Part shown: in pieces, positions 63,263-64,000 of the stretch | How positions within the stretch are numbered: the first letter of the stretch is position 1 | Layout: each line of letters begins with the position of its first letter | Notes under the pieces: model-generated | The model's database searches: none | Told to the model about the DNA's origin: nothing | The model's input: only the letters and a program-made list of their open reading frames with translations | Assembly (NCBI GenBank): GCA_963714275.1 | Contig: CAVQNT010000003.1 | Span: forward strand, 192,001-256,000 | DNA from: Candidatus Bathyarchaeota archaeon | GTDB lineage: Archaea > Thermoproteota > Bathyarchaeia > Bathyarchaeales > DTEX01 | Direction: 5' to 3' | DNA: 64,000 nucleotides | Translations under genes and position numbers: made by a program

Positions 63263-64000
63263 TTATTCATATTCTATTGTTAACATACGGAATGTCCGCA
63301 ACTTTGGGACTTTCATACTCACGTATTCCCCTTTTTGTTTGAACGGAATGGTCCTGCCGTTTGGTTGAGACGATATTTTTAGGGTTTTTCCTTTAACCCT
63401 TACTTTTAATTGAACATTGTTGACTGGTATGTTCGGCATTCCGATTTCGGATTGAAAGTTAACAATGTTGACCAGGTATCTTCTTTCGTCAGGCTTGTGA
63501 AACAAGACGATTTCTGTGCATCCAGGGGTTACGGCTTCGAAGGAGAAAGGTTCTTTGGCTAAGAATCTTATGATGTTCGCAATTATGTTTCTGTGCTTAA
63601 TCGATTTAGTGGCGAATGTTTCTATTGATGCTGATGACCAAAGTATGTTTCCTTTTTTAAACTTTTTGTAGATCATCGCAGGAAAATCCGTAGGGATTCC
63701 TGGCGGGTTAGAATGGATGGACGCAAACTTTGTGGAATCATCAGGATTAGTGTAAGGTAACGTAATTGTCGCTAACGCGTCCTTTTTCGGTTCATGATTG
63801 ACTTTTATTTGCGAATCTGAAATTGACAATGGATGTTTTCCCGTGATCTCCGGGAAGAGCGTTTTACCCTTCGATGTTGGCGAAATGTAGGTTGTCTTTT
63901 CCTGTGTTTCTTCCAAAGCAGAAACGTCAAACATTTCTGACAGTTTCGATTTCAACGAAAACTTACTAGCGTATACACTTCCTCCAGCAGCCACATAATT
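63263..64000 (-). CDS. C-terminal part of a glycoside hydrolase (beta-galactosidase trimerisation / glutamine amidotransferase-like domain), truncated by window edge
   Basis: The frame is open to 64000. Has YVAAGGSVYAS, HSNPPG and a C-terminal beta-sandwich. Confidence 0.6.
   Translation of the reverse strand, partial: NYVAAGGSVYASKFSLKSKLSEMFDVSALEETQEKTTYISPTSKGKTLFPEITGKHPLSISDSQIKVNHEPKKDALATITLPYTNPDDSTKFASIHSNPPGIPTDFPAMIYKKFKKGNILWSSASIETFATKSIKHRNIIANIIRFLAKEPFSFEAVTPGCTEIVLFHKPDERRYLVNIVNFQSEIGMPNIPVNNVQLKVRVKGKTLKISSQPNGRTIPFKQKGEYVSMKVPKLRTFRMLTIEYE

Overview
Archaeal chromosomal segment, most consistent with TACK and probably Bathyarchaeia. This rests on the eIF-1A/rio1/dim2/top6B/top6A block, RFC, TFB, a crenarchaeal-type SSB, SmAP3, many TTG starts and abundant glycoside hydrolases. 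The window has about 60 protein genes covering glycolysis, ABC transport, carbohydrate degradation, replication and translation, plus six tRNA genes. About 20 genes, including essential ones, are split by single-base frameshifts, most likely from sequencing error. The main findings are: (1) a tRNA-Asn(GTT) with two non-canonical BHB introns at 8/9 and 30/31, where the 8/9 splice motif uses the 5' leader as its outer helix; (2) a candidate envelope-stress regulon made of a wHTH regulator, a membrane partner with an LTXXQ/CpxP-like loop, an HtrA protease and an S-layer-like/ABC operon, with a shared motif directly upstream of three BRE/TATA promoters; (3) a PolB1-like polymerase lacking the exonuclease domain and with an altered motif B; (4) a dispersed intergenic repeat family with three copies; (5) an adenylate kinase-like/nucleoside deoxyribosyltransferase-like fusion next to a structured intergenic element. 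All calls come from reading motifs by eye; no database searches were run.
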